Source: a bacterium
Lineage (GTDB): Bacteria > UBA8248 > JACPRG01 > G963555815
DNA length: 64,000 bases
Assembly: GCA_965218795.1 (NCBI GenBank)
Contig: OZ244653.1
Span: 4,608,001 to 4,672,000, forward strand
Reading direction: 5' to 3'
This document shows, piece by piece, positions 36,560-46,944 of this stretch. Made by a program: the position numbers and the translations under genes. The notes under the pieces are model-generated. The model was not told the origin of the DNA, did no database searches, and worked only from the letters and a program-made list of their open reading frames with translations. Each line of letters begins with the position of its first letter. Position 1 is the stretch's first letter.

Positions 36560-37639
36560 TCATGCCACCGCGTCCAGATTCTTGGCCAGAAAGTCCGCCA
36601 GGGGATGGCGGTTGACGTGGGACATGTTGTGGCAGCAATGAATCCCCTTCTCTTCGTATTGGGTTACGAGCACAGGCACGTTCACGGCGGCCGCTTCGAG
36701 CTTGTTCGCCTGCTCGAAGGGAATCAGATCGTCCTGGACGCCGTGTTGAATATAGAGGGGACAGGTGATATTGCCCGCATGATCCGTCAGGTCGATGAAC
36801 CCCATCTTTTCCTTCGCCTTCGCCAAGTCGGTCTCGCCGCAGCAATACGCGACGCCGTCTTGAGTGAACTTGTCCAATCCGTCCCAGATGCTTTCGTAAT
36901 CGAACATCGCGCCCCAGCAGACACAGACCTTGAACCGTTGGTCATGGGCGGCGCTCAAGGCGGCGTAGTAGCCTCCCAGACTCCTGCCCAGAAGTCCCAG
37001 GCGGGACATGTCCACCTGTCCGGAGCGTTCCTTCTCGAAGAAATCGACCACGGCTGAAGTGAATCGGTTGAAATCCCTGCGGATCGGGGTTTGGAAGAAC
37101 ATCTCTCCCTGACCGGGACCGTCGAACGCGTACGTCGCCATCCCCCGGTCCAGGCAGAGGCGCTCGAAGAGAAAGCTCTCTTCTTTCGTGCTTTCCAGTC
37201 CCCCGATGAGGACGACCAGCGGTGGATTCTCAACCCCGCGGGGGATTCGCAGATAGCCGGGAATGGAGAACTCATCCAGTGGGATCTCAATGCGCTCGCC
37301 CGGCGGGAAGAACAGGGGGGCGGCCCGCTTGTAGAGCTCGACCTTCTTCTCTTGACCGGCTTCCCGAAGATCCGGCCGCTCGAACATGTAGAACTGCGCG
37401 TAGTGGTAGTACATGCTGGCGCGCCAGAGCATCTCTCCGGCCGAGATGTTGCCGCCCTTGGAAAGATATTCCTCCGCTATTCGCTCGTAGCGGTCGCCGA
37501 TGTCGGCCACGACTTCATACCAATCGTCGAAGGTCGCGCATCGTTCGAGAATTTCGTCGAGATCCAGTGTCTCCAGTCCGTCGCCGAGCATGCGGCCCCG
37601 GCTGCTGTCCAACAGTTCCTGCAATGGATCTTGGCTCAA
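36560..37639 (-). CDS. Alpha/beta hydrolase, 2,6-dihydroxypseudooxynicotine-hydrolase/FrsA-like
   Basis: GGLESTKEE, FDGPGQGE, nucleophile GRSLGG, HG..DDL, GIHCCHN. Confidence 0.88.
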   Translation of the reverse strand: MSQDPLQELLDSSRGRMLGDGLETLDLDEILERCATFDDWYEVVADIGDRYERIAEEYLSKGGNISAGEMLWRASMYYHYAQFYMFERPDLREAGQEKKVELYKRAAPLFFPPGERIEIPLDEFSIPGYLRIPRGVENPPLVVLIGGLESTKEESFLFERLCLDRGMATYAFDGPGQGEMFFQTPIRRDFNRFTSAVVDFFEKERSGQVDMSRLGLLGRSLGGYYAALSAAHDQRFKVCVCWGAMFDYESIWDGLDKFTQDGVAYCCGETDLAKAKEKMGFIDLTDHAGNITCPLYIQHGVQDDLIPFEQANKLEAAAVNVPVLVTQYEEKGIHCCHNMSHVNRHPLADFLAKNLDAVA

Positions 37640-39186
37640 TTTCCGTTTCCTTTCTTCGAATCGGTGAGGCTCCGATATTCACGTTGCAGAGGCCCGGGAA
37701 TCGGGCGCTCCGCGGTCAGGTCATCGCAGAAGCGCTCATACAAGGCGACCGCCCGATCACGTTCGGATTCTCCCGGCCAATCGGGTTCGCCACGCGACTT
37801 GACGGCTTCCAGAACTTCGCCGGTTACGTCCGCTTCGTTGACGGTCAGGACCTGGCCCTCCTCTACGACCACCTTCCCTGCCACGAGAACGGTCCGCACC
37901 GATTGCCCTCCTTCGCAATACACGAGGTTTCGGACCGGATCGTTGATCGGTACCCATGGGATCGATTTCCGGTCGAGCAGCACGAGATCGGCCGGGCATC
38001 CGGCCTGAATCCGGCCCAGGCTCTCGGTCTCCAGCATGGCCGCGCCGCCTCCCCGGGTGGCCATCGAGACGGCTTCGTCGGCGCTGACGTGCTTGCGGTG
38101 ATCGGGTTCCAGGTTGTTGTGCATGTAGCAGCCCATCCGGATGGCTTCGAACAGGTTTTGATGATCGTTGCTGCACGCCCCGTCCACTCCGATGGCCACT
38201 GGGAGCCCTCGGTCCAGCATTTTCCGCAGCGGCATCCATCCGCTGCCCATTTTACTGTTGGCCATGGGATTGTGAACCGGAACGGCCCCGGCTTCGGCGA
38301 TGAGGTCGAGGTCATGGTCGTCCACCCAGACACAGTGCGGCATAGAGACCTCCGGTCCCAGGAACCCCGCGTCTTTCATGTAGGCAATGCCGCTCTTTCC
38401 GAACCGCTTCCGATTGGCCCAGTCCTGGATGAAGGTTTCGTTGATGTGGATGTGGAAACCCGCCCCGTGGGACCGGGAGAGCTCGATGCAATCCTCCAAA
38501 AGACGATCACTGCACCACTGGAGCCCGCCGGGACCCGTCATGCACCGGAGACGGCCCTCCTCGGCGCGGTCCCACGTCCGGAAGAAGCTCTTCAGGTGGC
38601 CGAGCGTCTCTTCCCAGGGCGGGGCGTTTTCATAGCGATTCGCGAAGAAGGTATCCTCCAGAGCATGTCCCCGCTCGATGGCGTACTGCGTGACGTAGTC
38701 GGTGTCGGTGACGAGCGGGGCCAAGGCGGTCCGGATTCCGGCGTCCCGGTATGCCTTCATGGCCGCGTCCAACCGATCGGGCGTAACCCCCGGTGACATC
38801 CAGCAGTGGTCGATGACGCTGGTGCTTCCCGTCTTCAGCATCTCGATTGCGCCGATGAGGCAGCTCAGGTAGACGTCCCGGGGAGAATACACGCCGGCGG
38901 TGCCGTAGACGAAGGGAAGCCACATCTCCAGCGGCTGGCGGTCGTTGATCCCCTTCAGGAAATTCTCGGCGGAATGGGTGTGCGCGTTGATCAAGCCCGG
39001 GATGACCAACCGGTCCGTACCGGGGATGATCGTATCGCTTACCTGTTGTCCGGTGGGTTCGATGGATGAGATGGCAGCGCCGGCGATCAGGATGTCCCGG
39101 CCTTCCAGGATTTGGTCGCTATGGGCGGGATCCAGTATGGCGCAGTTTTTTATGAGCAGGCTGTCCGCCACGTCACGCTCTCCCAC
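37636..39186 (-). CDS. Amidohydrolase, MTA/SAH deaminase / TrzN-AtzA-like
   Basis: PGLINAHTHS, HIHINET, PHCVW, HNPMANSKMGSG, GVDG. Confidence 0.9.
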   Translation of the reverse strand: MGERDVADSLLIKNCAILDPAHSDQILEGRDILIAGAAISSIEPTGQQVSDTIIPGTDRLVIPGLINAHTHSAENFLKGINDRQPLEMWLPFVYGTAGVYSPRDVYLSCLIGAIEMLKTGSTSVIDHCWMSPGVTPDRLDAAMKAYRDAGIRTALAPLVTDTDYVTQYAIERGHALEDTFFANRYENAPPWEETLGHLKSFFRTWDRAEEGRLRCMTGPGGLQWCSDRLLEDCIELSRSHGAGFHIHINETFIQDWANRKRFGKSGIAYMKDAGFLGPEVSMPHCVWVDDHDLDLIAEAGAVPVHNPMANSKMGSGWMPLRKMLDRGLPVAIGVDGACSNDHQNLFEAIRMGCYMHNNLEPDHRKHVSADEAVSMATRGGGAAMLETESLGRIQAGCPADLVLLDRKSIPWVPINDPVRNLVYCEGGQSVRTVLVAGKVVVEEGQVLTVNEADVTGEVLEAVKSRGEPDWPGESERDRAVALYERFCDDLTAERPIPGPLQREYRSLTDSKKGNGN

Positions 39187-39554
39187 AAGCCCCCCGAAAC
39201 GCCCTGCGGAATCTTGGAGGGATAACTCTTGCCCGTTTTCCCCTCCTGGGAACGAAGCGAGGGCATCGGAGCGGAACGAGAAATCAGGCCAATGTCATTT
39301 GTTCGGTAAGTAGAGGGCGGCTTTTGGCAGATGGTAGTTCAGGGCCACAGGGGTGTCAAGCGCGATAGTTGCTTGAGCGGGACCCGCTGGGGTGAATTTC
39401 GGTTTCCACGTCTCGAAGCAGGGATTGTCCTTCTTCCATTTCATGGATTAGGATGAGGGGTTCGAAAATCGAGGCGTTATGCAAATCACCCGTGATCGGG
39501 ATAGCTCCGTCACGTGGCGATGGTTTTGACCGACTTGAGCGTGGAGTCCTGTAG

Positions 39555-41861
39555 ATGAGCGGAGTGATTGGGCAATCCCTTCCTCGCCTGGACGGCGTCG
39601 AGAAAGCAAAAGGGTCCTTCCAATATGTGAGCGATCATTTTCCGACCGATTGTCTGAAGGGAGCGCTTCTGCGCAGCACGATTCCCCACGGGCGGGTCAG
39701 GGGCCTCAACCTGGAACGCGCGCGACAGGCACCCGGAGTTCACGCCGTGATTGGTATCGGCGACAGCCCCGGGCGGCGGTACAACCCCATTTACAACCAG
39801 TCGAATCCCACGACGGACCTGTTGGTGAAGGACGAGGTGGTCTTCGAGGAGGTCATCCGCTACCTGGGCCAGCCCGTCGCTGCAGTGGCGGCGGAGAGCG
39901 CCGATCGGGCAGAGAAGGCCCTGGATCTCATCGAAATCGAGTATGAAGAGTTGCCGGCCGTTTTCGATATGGACAGGGCGCTCGAGCCGGGGGCCCCGGT
40001 CGTCCGTCCCGGCGGCGAGGGCAACATCGCGTTCGGCTGGCGCGACGCCGATGAACCCATCACGCTCCAGCGGGGTACATTGGAGGAGGGATTTGCCGAA
40101 GCGGAACACATTTTCGAGGATGAATTCTCGACTCAGCGCATCAATCAGACCGCTCTGGAGCCGCACCTGGCCGTTTCGTGGCCCGAGTCGAGCGGCCGGT
40201 TGGCCATGCTGTCCACGACCCAGTCGATCTTCGGACTTCGGTCCTGCCTCTCCGAGGCCCTCGGGATGCACCCGGGAAGGATCCGGGTCCTCCGCCCGAA
40301 CCTGGGCGGCGCATTCGGAAAGGGGCTGGACCTGGCCGTCAACGAGGTCATCTGCGCCATCCTGGCGATACGCGCCCAGAAGGCCGTCCGGATTGAGTAC
40401 ACGCGCGAGGAGGAGTTCATCGCGAGCGCCCGCCACCCCTCGCGCATCCGGATCCGGACGGGGCTCAAAGGCGACGGGGCCATCACTGCCCGGCATATGA
40501 AAGCGTGGATGGAATGCGGATCGGCGGCCAACCACGGCCCTTCGGTAGTTCTGGTGGGGGGAATGACCTTCATCGGGGCCTACAATACGCCCCATTATCT
40601 ATTCGAAGGGCACGCGGTTTATACGAATGTTTTCCCGTCGGGAGCGATGCGCGGGTACGGCGGCGTTCAGACGAACTTCGCAATCGAGTGCCACATGAGC
40701 CGGATCGCCTCCGAGATGGGGCTGGACGAGTTCGATTTCCGTTTGAAGAACGCGTATCGGGTGGGCGACGTATCGCCCCTTTCGGGTTTTCGGGTTGAAT
40801 CGTGCGCCCTTCCGGAATGCGCGAAAATCGTCCGGGAGAGGATCGGATGGGACCGGCCGGAGGCCCGGGAAAGCGCAGGGCCGGCCCGCAAGGTGGGGTT
40901 GGGGGTGGCGTTTGCGAACATGCGCAACACGGGCGTTCACGGATCGGATGACCGGCCGGAGAAGATCCTCGAATACTCGGGGGCCATCGTGAAGGTCAAT
41001 GAAGACGGCACGGTCAATCTCGTCACGGCGTCCATCGAGCAGGGCGCGGGACAGAGCATGGTGCTCGCGCAGATCGTGGCGGACGCCATCGGGATCTCCG
41101 CGGATGAGGTGATCATCGCGCCGACGGACACGGACACGGCCCCCTTCGACGTGGCCACACATGCCAGCCGCATCACGTACGTGTCGGGACACGCCGCTCA
41201 CCGGGCGGCGCTGGAAGCCCGGCGGCAGCTTGCGGAGACGGCCGGAAGGATGCTCGGCGAGTCGCCGGATGACCTCGACATCCAACAGGGCGTCGTGTCC
41301 GTCCGCGGCTCGGCCAAACGGCTGGATGTTCGGGAAGTCGCCGCGCACTGCCATTACGAAGAGATGAAGACCATCATGGGGACGGCCAGCTCAACGCCAC
41401 CGGGAAACCCCCCGCCGTTCGGAGTGCAATGCGTCAAGGTCGCTGTGGACATCGAGACGGGGGAGGTCGAGATCCTGGACATGGCGGACGCCCACGACGC
41501 CGGGAAGGTCGTGAACCCGCTGGGCGCGGAGGGTCAGATCACAGGCGCGTTCGTCCAGGGAATCGGCTACGCCCTGACGGAGAACCTGGTCATGGACCCG
41601 GATTCCGGCGCCCCGGTCAACGGCCAGATGGCCGATTACAAAATCCCGACGACGCTCGATGTTCCGACCGGCCCGGTCGTGGAATTCGCAGAAAACGTCG
41701 ATCCCTCGGGGATGGGGGTGAAGAGTGTTGCGGAGTCCGCTGCACTCCCGCCAGCCCCGGCCATCGCCAACGCCGTCTCCGATGCCATTGGCGTCAGGAT
41801 TCACGAATTGCCGATCACGCCGGAAAATATCCTCCGCGCGATTCGCGAAAAAGGGAAGTAG
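39555..41861 (+). CDS. Xanthine dehydrogenase family molybdopterin-binding subunit (copy 1)
   Basis: LRSTIPHG, GGAFGKG, AMRGYG, EQGAG, NPLGAEGQI.G, KSVAE. Confidence 0.93.
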   Translation: MSGVIGQSLPRLDGVEKAKGSFQYVSDHFPTDCLKGALLRSTIPHGRVRGLNLERARQAPGVHAVIGIGDSPGRRYNPIYNQSNPTTDLLVKDEVVFEEVIRYLGQPVAAVAAESADRAEKALDLIEIEYEELPAVFDMDRALEPGAPVVRPGGEGNIAFGWRDADEPITLQRGTLEEGFAEAEHIFEDEFSTQRINQTALEPHLAVSWPESSGRLAMLSTTQSIFGLRSCLSEALGMHPGRIRVLRPNLGGAFGKGLDLAVNEVICAILAIRAQKAVRIEYTREEEFIASARHPSRIRIRTGLKGDGAITARHMKAWMECGSAANHGPSVVLVGGMTFIGAYNTPHYLFEGHAVYTNVFPSGAMRGYGGVQTNFAIECHMSRIASEMGLDEFDFRLKNAYRVGDVSPLSGFRVESCALPECAKIVRERIGWDRPEARESAGPARKVGLGVAFANMRNTGVHGSDDRPEKILEYSGAIVKVNEDGTVNLVTASIEQGAGQSMVLAQIVADAIGISADEVIIAPTDTDTAPFDVATHASRITYVSGHAAHRAALEARRQLAETAGRMLGESPDDLDIQQGVVSVRGSAKRLDVREVAAHCHYEEMKTIMGTASSTPPGNPPPFGVQCVKVAVDIETGEVEILDMADAHDAGKVVNPLGAEGQITGAFVQGIGYALTENLVMDPDSGAPVNGQMADYKIPTTLDVPTGPVVEFAENVDPSGMGVKSVAESAALPPAPAIANAVSDAIGVRIHELPITPENILRAIREKGK

Positions 41862-41921
41862 CGGAAGTGCCGGCGGCATGGGAGAGCTCCCCGAACCGGA
41901 AATGGATGCGCCCCCGTACCC

Positions 41922-43403
41922 TTGAGCGGGCTGACAGGAGAACTTCCATTGGCATATGAAGACCTGAGGGCCTATCTGGACGCCCTTGAGCGGGACGAGT
42001 TGTTGCACTGGGTGGAGAACGAGGTCGATCCGTCCTGGGAAATTTCGGCGCTTGCCCGGATGATCTTCCGGGGGTATCGCGAAGAGGACCGATACGGCCT
42101 CGGGTTCCGGAACATCAGGGGGTGTCCGGGAGGACGTCTCGTGACGGGGGTCACGGCGATTTCTTCCAGGCAGATCGGCGTGGCGGTGGAAACGAAATCC
42201 GAACCCGGAGCGATCTTCGAGCGGGTCAACGGAGGCATCCGGAACCCGATCTCGCCCGTGATGGTGGACTCGGGACCCTGCAAGGATGTGGTCCTCATGG
42301 GGGAAGAGGCGGACTTGACGCTGTTGCCCGTTCCGACCTGGACTCCAGAGAAGGACGGAGGCCCTTATCTCACCCCCCTCTGGGTCACGAAGGATCCGGA
42401 AACGGGGGTGCGGGATATCGGCGTCCGCCGGTGCCAGCTCAAAGGGCCGAGACACACGGGCATTCAATTCGCCGCGCCGGACCGCTACGGGGCCGTTCAG
42501 TGGGCCAAGTGGAGGGAGCGGGGGGAGCCCATGCCCGCCGCGCTTTTCAGCGGCGTCGATCCGGTGATCACGCTGGTTGGTCCGGGCCGGTACGGGCGCG
42601 ATGAGCTTGAGGTGGCTGGGGGAATTCGGGGCGAGCCCGTGGAACTGGTCAAATGCGAAACGGTTGATCTGGAGGTTCCCGCAACAGCGGAGTTCGTGGC
42701 CGAAGGGGAGATCACCACGGATCGGGTGGAGGCGGAGGGGCCCTTCGGGGAGTTCACCGGCTACATGGCCGGGAACCGGGAGTGTCCCGTGTTTCACGTC
42801 AAGTGCATCACCCACCGGCGCGACCCCATCCTCGTCGGCCTGATCAGCCAGTTCCCGCCGAACGAGAGCACCGTGTTGAAGCGGCACTTTTTGGAGACCG
42901 CGATCCATCGGCATCTCGTCTCGACGCTGAAGATTCCCGGGTTGGTGGACCTTCATATGCCCGAGGCGGGGGGCAGCGCCGCCGCGCTCTGGATGAGCGT
43001 GCGCAAGGTCTATGCGGGCCAAGTGGAGCAGCTCATGAACGGCGCCCTGGGATTTTGCGGTATGAGCTACTTCAAGTGGATCGTGGTGGTGGACGATGAC
43101 GTCGACGTTCGGGATCCGTTCATTCGGGAATGGGTGATGAACTATCGCGTCCGCCCGGACAAGGACATCCGCGTCCTAAGCGACATGGGCGCGCTCGAGC
43201 TGGACCCATCGTCGGACGACCCCGCCAGGGGGGACCGGCCCATGACGGGGGCCAAAGCGCTCATCGACGCGACGAAGAAGTGGAAGTATCCGGATGTCTC
43301 CTTCCCGCCCCGAAGGTATCTGGAGCGGGTTCGGGAGGATTGGTCCAAGTATGAGCTCCCGCCATTGGGAGAGGTCAATCTGCCGAGGGGGCTGGGGGAT
43401 TGA
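41922..43403 (+). CDS. UbiD-family prFMN-dependent (de)carboxylase
   Basis: DLRAYLDALE, DGGPYLT, VPATAEFVAEG, EGPFGEFTGY, VVVDDDVD, IDATK. Confidence 0.94.
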   Translation: MSGLTGELPLAYEDLRAYLDALERDELLHWVENEVDPSWEISALARMIFRGYREEDRYGLGFRNIRGCPGGRLVTGVTAISSRQIGVAVETKSEPGAIFERVNGGIRNPISPVMVDSGPCKDVVLMGEEADLTLLPVPTWTPEKDGGPYLTPLWVTKDPETGVRDIGVRRCQLKGPRHTGIQFAAPDRYGAVQWAKWRERGEPMPAALFSGVDPVITLVGPGRYGRDELEVAGGIRGEPVELVKCETVDLEVPATAEFVAEGEITTDRVEAEGPFGEFTGYMAGNRECPVFHVKCITHRRDPILVGLISQFPPNESTVLKRHFLETAIHRHLVSTLKIPGLVDLHMPEAGGSAAALWMSVRKVYAGQVEQLMNGALGFCGMSYFKWIVVVDDDVDVRDPFIREWVMNYRVRPDKDIRVLSDMGALELDPSSDDPARGDRPMTGAKALIDATKKWKYPDVSFPPRRYLERVREDWSKYELPPLGEVNLPRGLGD

Positions 43404-43436
43404 TGAGCGCCGCGAAAACGCGGAGGCACGTTGTCT

Positions 43437-45758
43437 TCACAAAGCGCCCCCCGCCTCGATGTCTGATGTCTTCCGCAGGGCCGCCCAGACCGCTTCAGGA
43501 GACAGCGGAAGATCCTTGAACCGGACGCCCACGGCGTCCCGGATGGCATTGGCGATGGCGGCGGCCGTCGGCGCGAGGGCGGGCTCGCCGACGCCTTTCG
43601 CGCCGAAGGGGCCGTCGGGGTGGGGAACCTCGACCAGCCGGGCCGTCAGGCTCGGCACGTCCAGCGTGGAGCACATGTGGTAATCGACGAACGTCGGGTT
43701 GAGGAACTTCCCCTCCTCCAGCGTGACTTCCTCGATCAAGGTACAGCCCAGCCCCATAGCCAGGGCGCCCTCCAACTGCTGAAGGCAGTTCATGGGGTTG
43801 ATGGCCCGGCCGACGTCGTGGGCCGCGACCAGCCGAAGGACCCTAACCTCCCCGGTTTCATGATCCACCTCGACTTCGGCCGCCTGGGCCCCATACATCC
43901 AGAAAGGCACCGGCCGCGACCCCTGTCCGGTCTCCGGGTCGAGGGGCGTGACGTCCTCCATGTGGTACTCGCCCCGGCCGACGACAGCCCGCTCACCCCG
44001 GATCCCGAAAACCAGCCGGCCGAGTGAAAGCGTCCGTTCCGGGGACCCGGTGACGGTGACCTGCCCGCCTTTCAGCTCGATATCCTCGGGCGCCGCCTCC
44101 AGGACGTCCGCCCCCATTGCGAGAATCTGGGTCCTGGCGTCCGCGGCGGCCCGTTGCAGGGCCAGCCCCATTGAGAAGGTCGTCCGGCTCGCCGTCGTGG
44201 AGCGGTCGTAGGGTGTGACGTCCGTATCGGGCACGGCCAGGCTGATTTGCGCCGGGTCGACGCCCAGCTCCTCGGCGACGATCTGTGTCAGTACGGTCTG
44301 GGCCCCCTGACCGACTTCGATACTGCTCGAGAGCGCCTGGACGGTCCCGTCCTCGTTGATCTTGACGAATGCGGAGGAGGAGCCGTACCCGGCCGCCCCG
44401 CCCTTGTTCATCGCTGCGATGCCGCGTCCCGTTCCCGGGGTTTTCGGCTCGGTCCAGCCGATCGACTCGGCCGCGGCCCGGAGCGATTCGAGCACGCCGA
44501 CGCTTTTCAACGACTCGCCCGTCGGGGAGATATCCCCTTCGCGGTGGGCGTTGCGAAGGCGGAATTCCAGCGGATCGAGCCCGAGTACCCGGGCAATTTC
44601 GTCTATCTGGCACTCCGACGCCCACGTCACCTGCGGTATCCCGTATCCCCGAAAGGCGCCCGCCACGGGGTTGTTGGTGTACACGCAGAGGCTGTCGATG
44701 TGAACGTGGGGAATCCGGTAGGGTCCGCCCGCGGAGTATCCGGCGTTGGTGGCCACCGTCGGACCCTTTTCCGTGTAGGCCCCCGTGTCCCAGTAGACCT
44801 TGATCTCACGGCCCAGCAGGAGACCATCCTCTGTAACGCCCGTCCGCAATTCGTGAACGGTCGGGTGCCGCATCATGGTCGATGTAAAGACCTCCTCGCG
44901 GGTGAACAAGACCCGAACGGGTCGTCCCCCGGCATGGAGGGCCAGCAGCGCGGCGAGGGGTTCCGCGTTGAGCCCCCCCTTTCCGCCGAAGCCTCCGCCC
45001 ATGGGCAGGGAAGTGACGCGCAACCTCGTCATGGGGAGGCCGAAGGCCGCCGCCAGCTCCCGCCTGCATCGATAGGGAGCGTCATTGTGGGTCCAGACGG
45101 TCAGCTTGTCGCCCGAGGTCTGGGCCATGGCGGCGTGGACTTCCAGCGGCGCATGATGGACCGCGTGGCTCGAATATCGATCCGTGAAAACCCGGTGGGC
45201 CTTGGAGAAGGCTTCCTCGACGCTTCCCCGGCGCAGCCTGAAGTGATGGCAAATGTTCGTTCCCTCGACCGGCAGACAACTCTTGTCGCGCCGGTACGTC
45301 ATCATGTCTTCATGGACGACGGGCGCTTCCGGGGAGACCGCCGTTTCGGGGTCGTGCACACCGGGGAGCTCTTCGTATTCGACATTGATTCGCTCCAGCG
45401 CCTCCAGGGCGGCATCGTCGCTTTCCGCCGCCACAGCCGCGACCCCCTCCCCCTGAAACCGGGTCGTCCCAACCGCAAGGACCGGGCGGTCCAGCATGGA
45501 CGAACCGTACAGCCCGGGGTTGTCCCGTCCCGTCACCACGACCCGGACCCCGCGAACCTTCCCGGCCGATGAAACGTCGATGTTCCGGATTCGCGCGTGA
45601 GGATAAGGGCTCCGCAAGGTCCGCCCCGCGAGCATTCCCGGCAGCTTGAAGTCGGCCCCGTAAACGACGGTACCGGTGGATTTGTCCCCGGCGTCCACGC
45701 GGGGCAGGGATGCGCCCACCAGAATCGATCCGCCGGTGACTTCGGCTTCCTGTCTCAT
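43437..45758 (-). CDS. Xanthine dehydrogenase family molybdopterin-binding subunit (copy 2)
   Basis: LRSPYPHA, GGGFGGK, AFRGYG, EVGQG, GPFGAKGVGE; start set to ATG 45758. Confidence 0.93.
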   Translation of the reverse strand: MRQEAEVTGGSILVGASLPRVDAGDKSTGTVVYGADFKLPGMLAGRTLRSPYPHARIRNIDVSSAGKVRGVRVVVTGRDNPGLYGSSMLDRPVLAVGTTRFQGEGVAAVAAESDDAALEALERINVEYEELPGVHDPETAVSPEAPVVHEDMMTYRRDKSCLPVEGTNICHHFRLRRGSVEEAFSKAHRVFTDRYSSHAVHHAPLEVHAAMAQTSGDKLTVWTHNDAPYRCRRELAAAFGLPMTRLRVTSLPMGGGFGGKGGLNAEPLAALLALHAGGRPVRVLFTREEVFTSTMMRHPTVHELRTGVTEDGLLLGREIKVYWDTGAYTEKGPTVATNAGYSAGGPYRIPHVHIDSLCVYTNNPVAGAFRGYGIPQVTWASECQIDEIARVLGLDPLEFRLRNAHREGDISPTGESLKSVGVLESLRAAAESIGWTEPKTPGTGRGIAAMNKGGAAGYGSSSAFVKINEDGTVQALSSSIEVGQGAQTVLTQIVAEELGVDPAQISLAVPDTDVTPYDRSTTASRTTFSMGLALQRAAADARTQILAMGADVLEAAPEDIELKGGQVTVTGSPERTLSLGRLVFGIRGERAVVGRGEYHMEDVTPLDPETGQGSRPVPFWMYGAQAAEVEVDHETGEVRVLRLVAAHDVGRAINPMNCLQQLEGALAMGLGCTLIEEVTLEEGKFLNPTFVDYHMCSTLDVPSLTARLVEVPHPDGPFGAKGVGEPALAPTAAAIANAIRDAVGVRFKDLPLSPEAVWAALRKTSDIEAGGAL

Positions 45759-46072
45759 TTCCCTCGCCGTGCTTCCAGCCGGGCCGTCTTCGGCCCATAT
45801 CGGGACGCCGGCCCCCGAAGGAGTCCGCCCTGTCCATCCCGTTGGGATCCAATCTCCCAATTCCGGTCAGACAATATACACGAACCCCCCGAAAGCCGCT
45901 GGAAGGCTCCGGCCCATTTGAATCGAAGGGATTCGTGAATTCGACGATGCTGCCGAATGCCCGCGCGGTCCAAGCTCCCCAAGATGGAAACCGAGCAAGG
46001 TGGAGGACCTTATAATGTCCCGGTGGTCCATGAGGGCCCGAGACCCAACCGTCCGGACGGAGACGAGGAATC

Positions 46073-46894
46073 ATGACTCATTCTTACGAAACCATAGCAG
46101 TCGAAAAGTCGGATGGCGTCACCACGCTGCGATTCAATCGGCCGGAGAAGAAGAACGCGATGAGCCCCCGACTGCACCGGGAGATGCTGGAGGCGATGGA
46201 TGTCCTGGAAGATGACCCGGATACGCGGGTTTTGATCGTCACCGGGTCGGGTGACAGCTTTTGCGCCGGGCAGGACCTGAAGGAATTCTTCGCGGAGTTG
46301 GAGGGGAAACCCGTCGAGCGGCGGCGGGCCGCCAAAACCTCCGCAGAGTGGCAGGCCCTGAAGCTTCGTCTTTTCGCGAAACCCACGATTGCGGCCGTCA
46401 ACGGCTGGTGTTTCGGGGGCGGGTTCGTCCCCGTGGCCGTTTGCGACCTTGCCGTGGCGGCGGACGAAGCGGTATTCGGTCTAAGCGAGATCAATTTTGG
46501 ACAATTTCCCGGAGGTTTGGTCACTCAGGCGTTGGATGAGGTCATGCGCCCCCGGGATTACCTCTACTTTGCGATGACGGGGGAAACCTTTGACGGTCGG
46601 AAGGCCGCGGATATCGGACTCGTGAATTTTTCGGTTCCACTGAAGGATCTGGACGGCGCGGTCCGAAGGCTGGCGACAAAACTGATGGAAAAAGACCCGG
46701 TCGCATTGCGACAGACGAAGGAGGTCTACAAAATCGGAAAGCGGATGGATTGGGAGCAGGCGTACGCGTGGGCGATGGCCAAGGGGAATGAGTTGACCTT
46801 CCACCAGGAGGGGGCCTGGGTGAACGAAGGGATCGGTCAGTTCAAAGACAAGAAATACAAGCCCGGTCTCGGTTCTTTCAAACCGGAGGAATAA
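46073..46894 (+). CDS. ech: p-hydroxycinnamoyl(feruloyl)-CoA hydratase/lyase (crotonase family)
   Basis: NRPEKKNAMSP, AGQDLKEFF, KPTIAAVNGWCFGGGF, FGLSEINFG..PGG, QF..KKYKPGL. Confidence 0.88.
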   Translation: MTHSYETIAVEKSDGVTTLRFNRPEKKNAMSPRLHREMLEAMDVLEDDPDTRVLIVTGSGDSFCAGQDLKEFFAELEGKPVERRRAAKTSAEWQALKLRLFAKPTIAAVNGWCFGGGFVPVAVCDLAVAADEAVFGLSEINFGQFPGGLVTQALDEVMRPRDYLYFAMTGETFDGRKAADIGLVNFSVPLKDLDGAVRRLATKLMEKDPVALRQTKEVYKIGKRMDWEQAYAWAMAKGNELTFHQEGAWVNEGIGQFKDKKYKPGLGSFKPEE

Positions 46895-46944
46895 ATCAAC
46901 CTTCCATCGGATTCCGGGCGATTGAGTTTCCGCAACGCCGCCCG

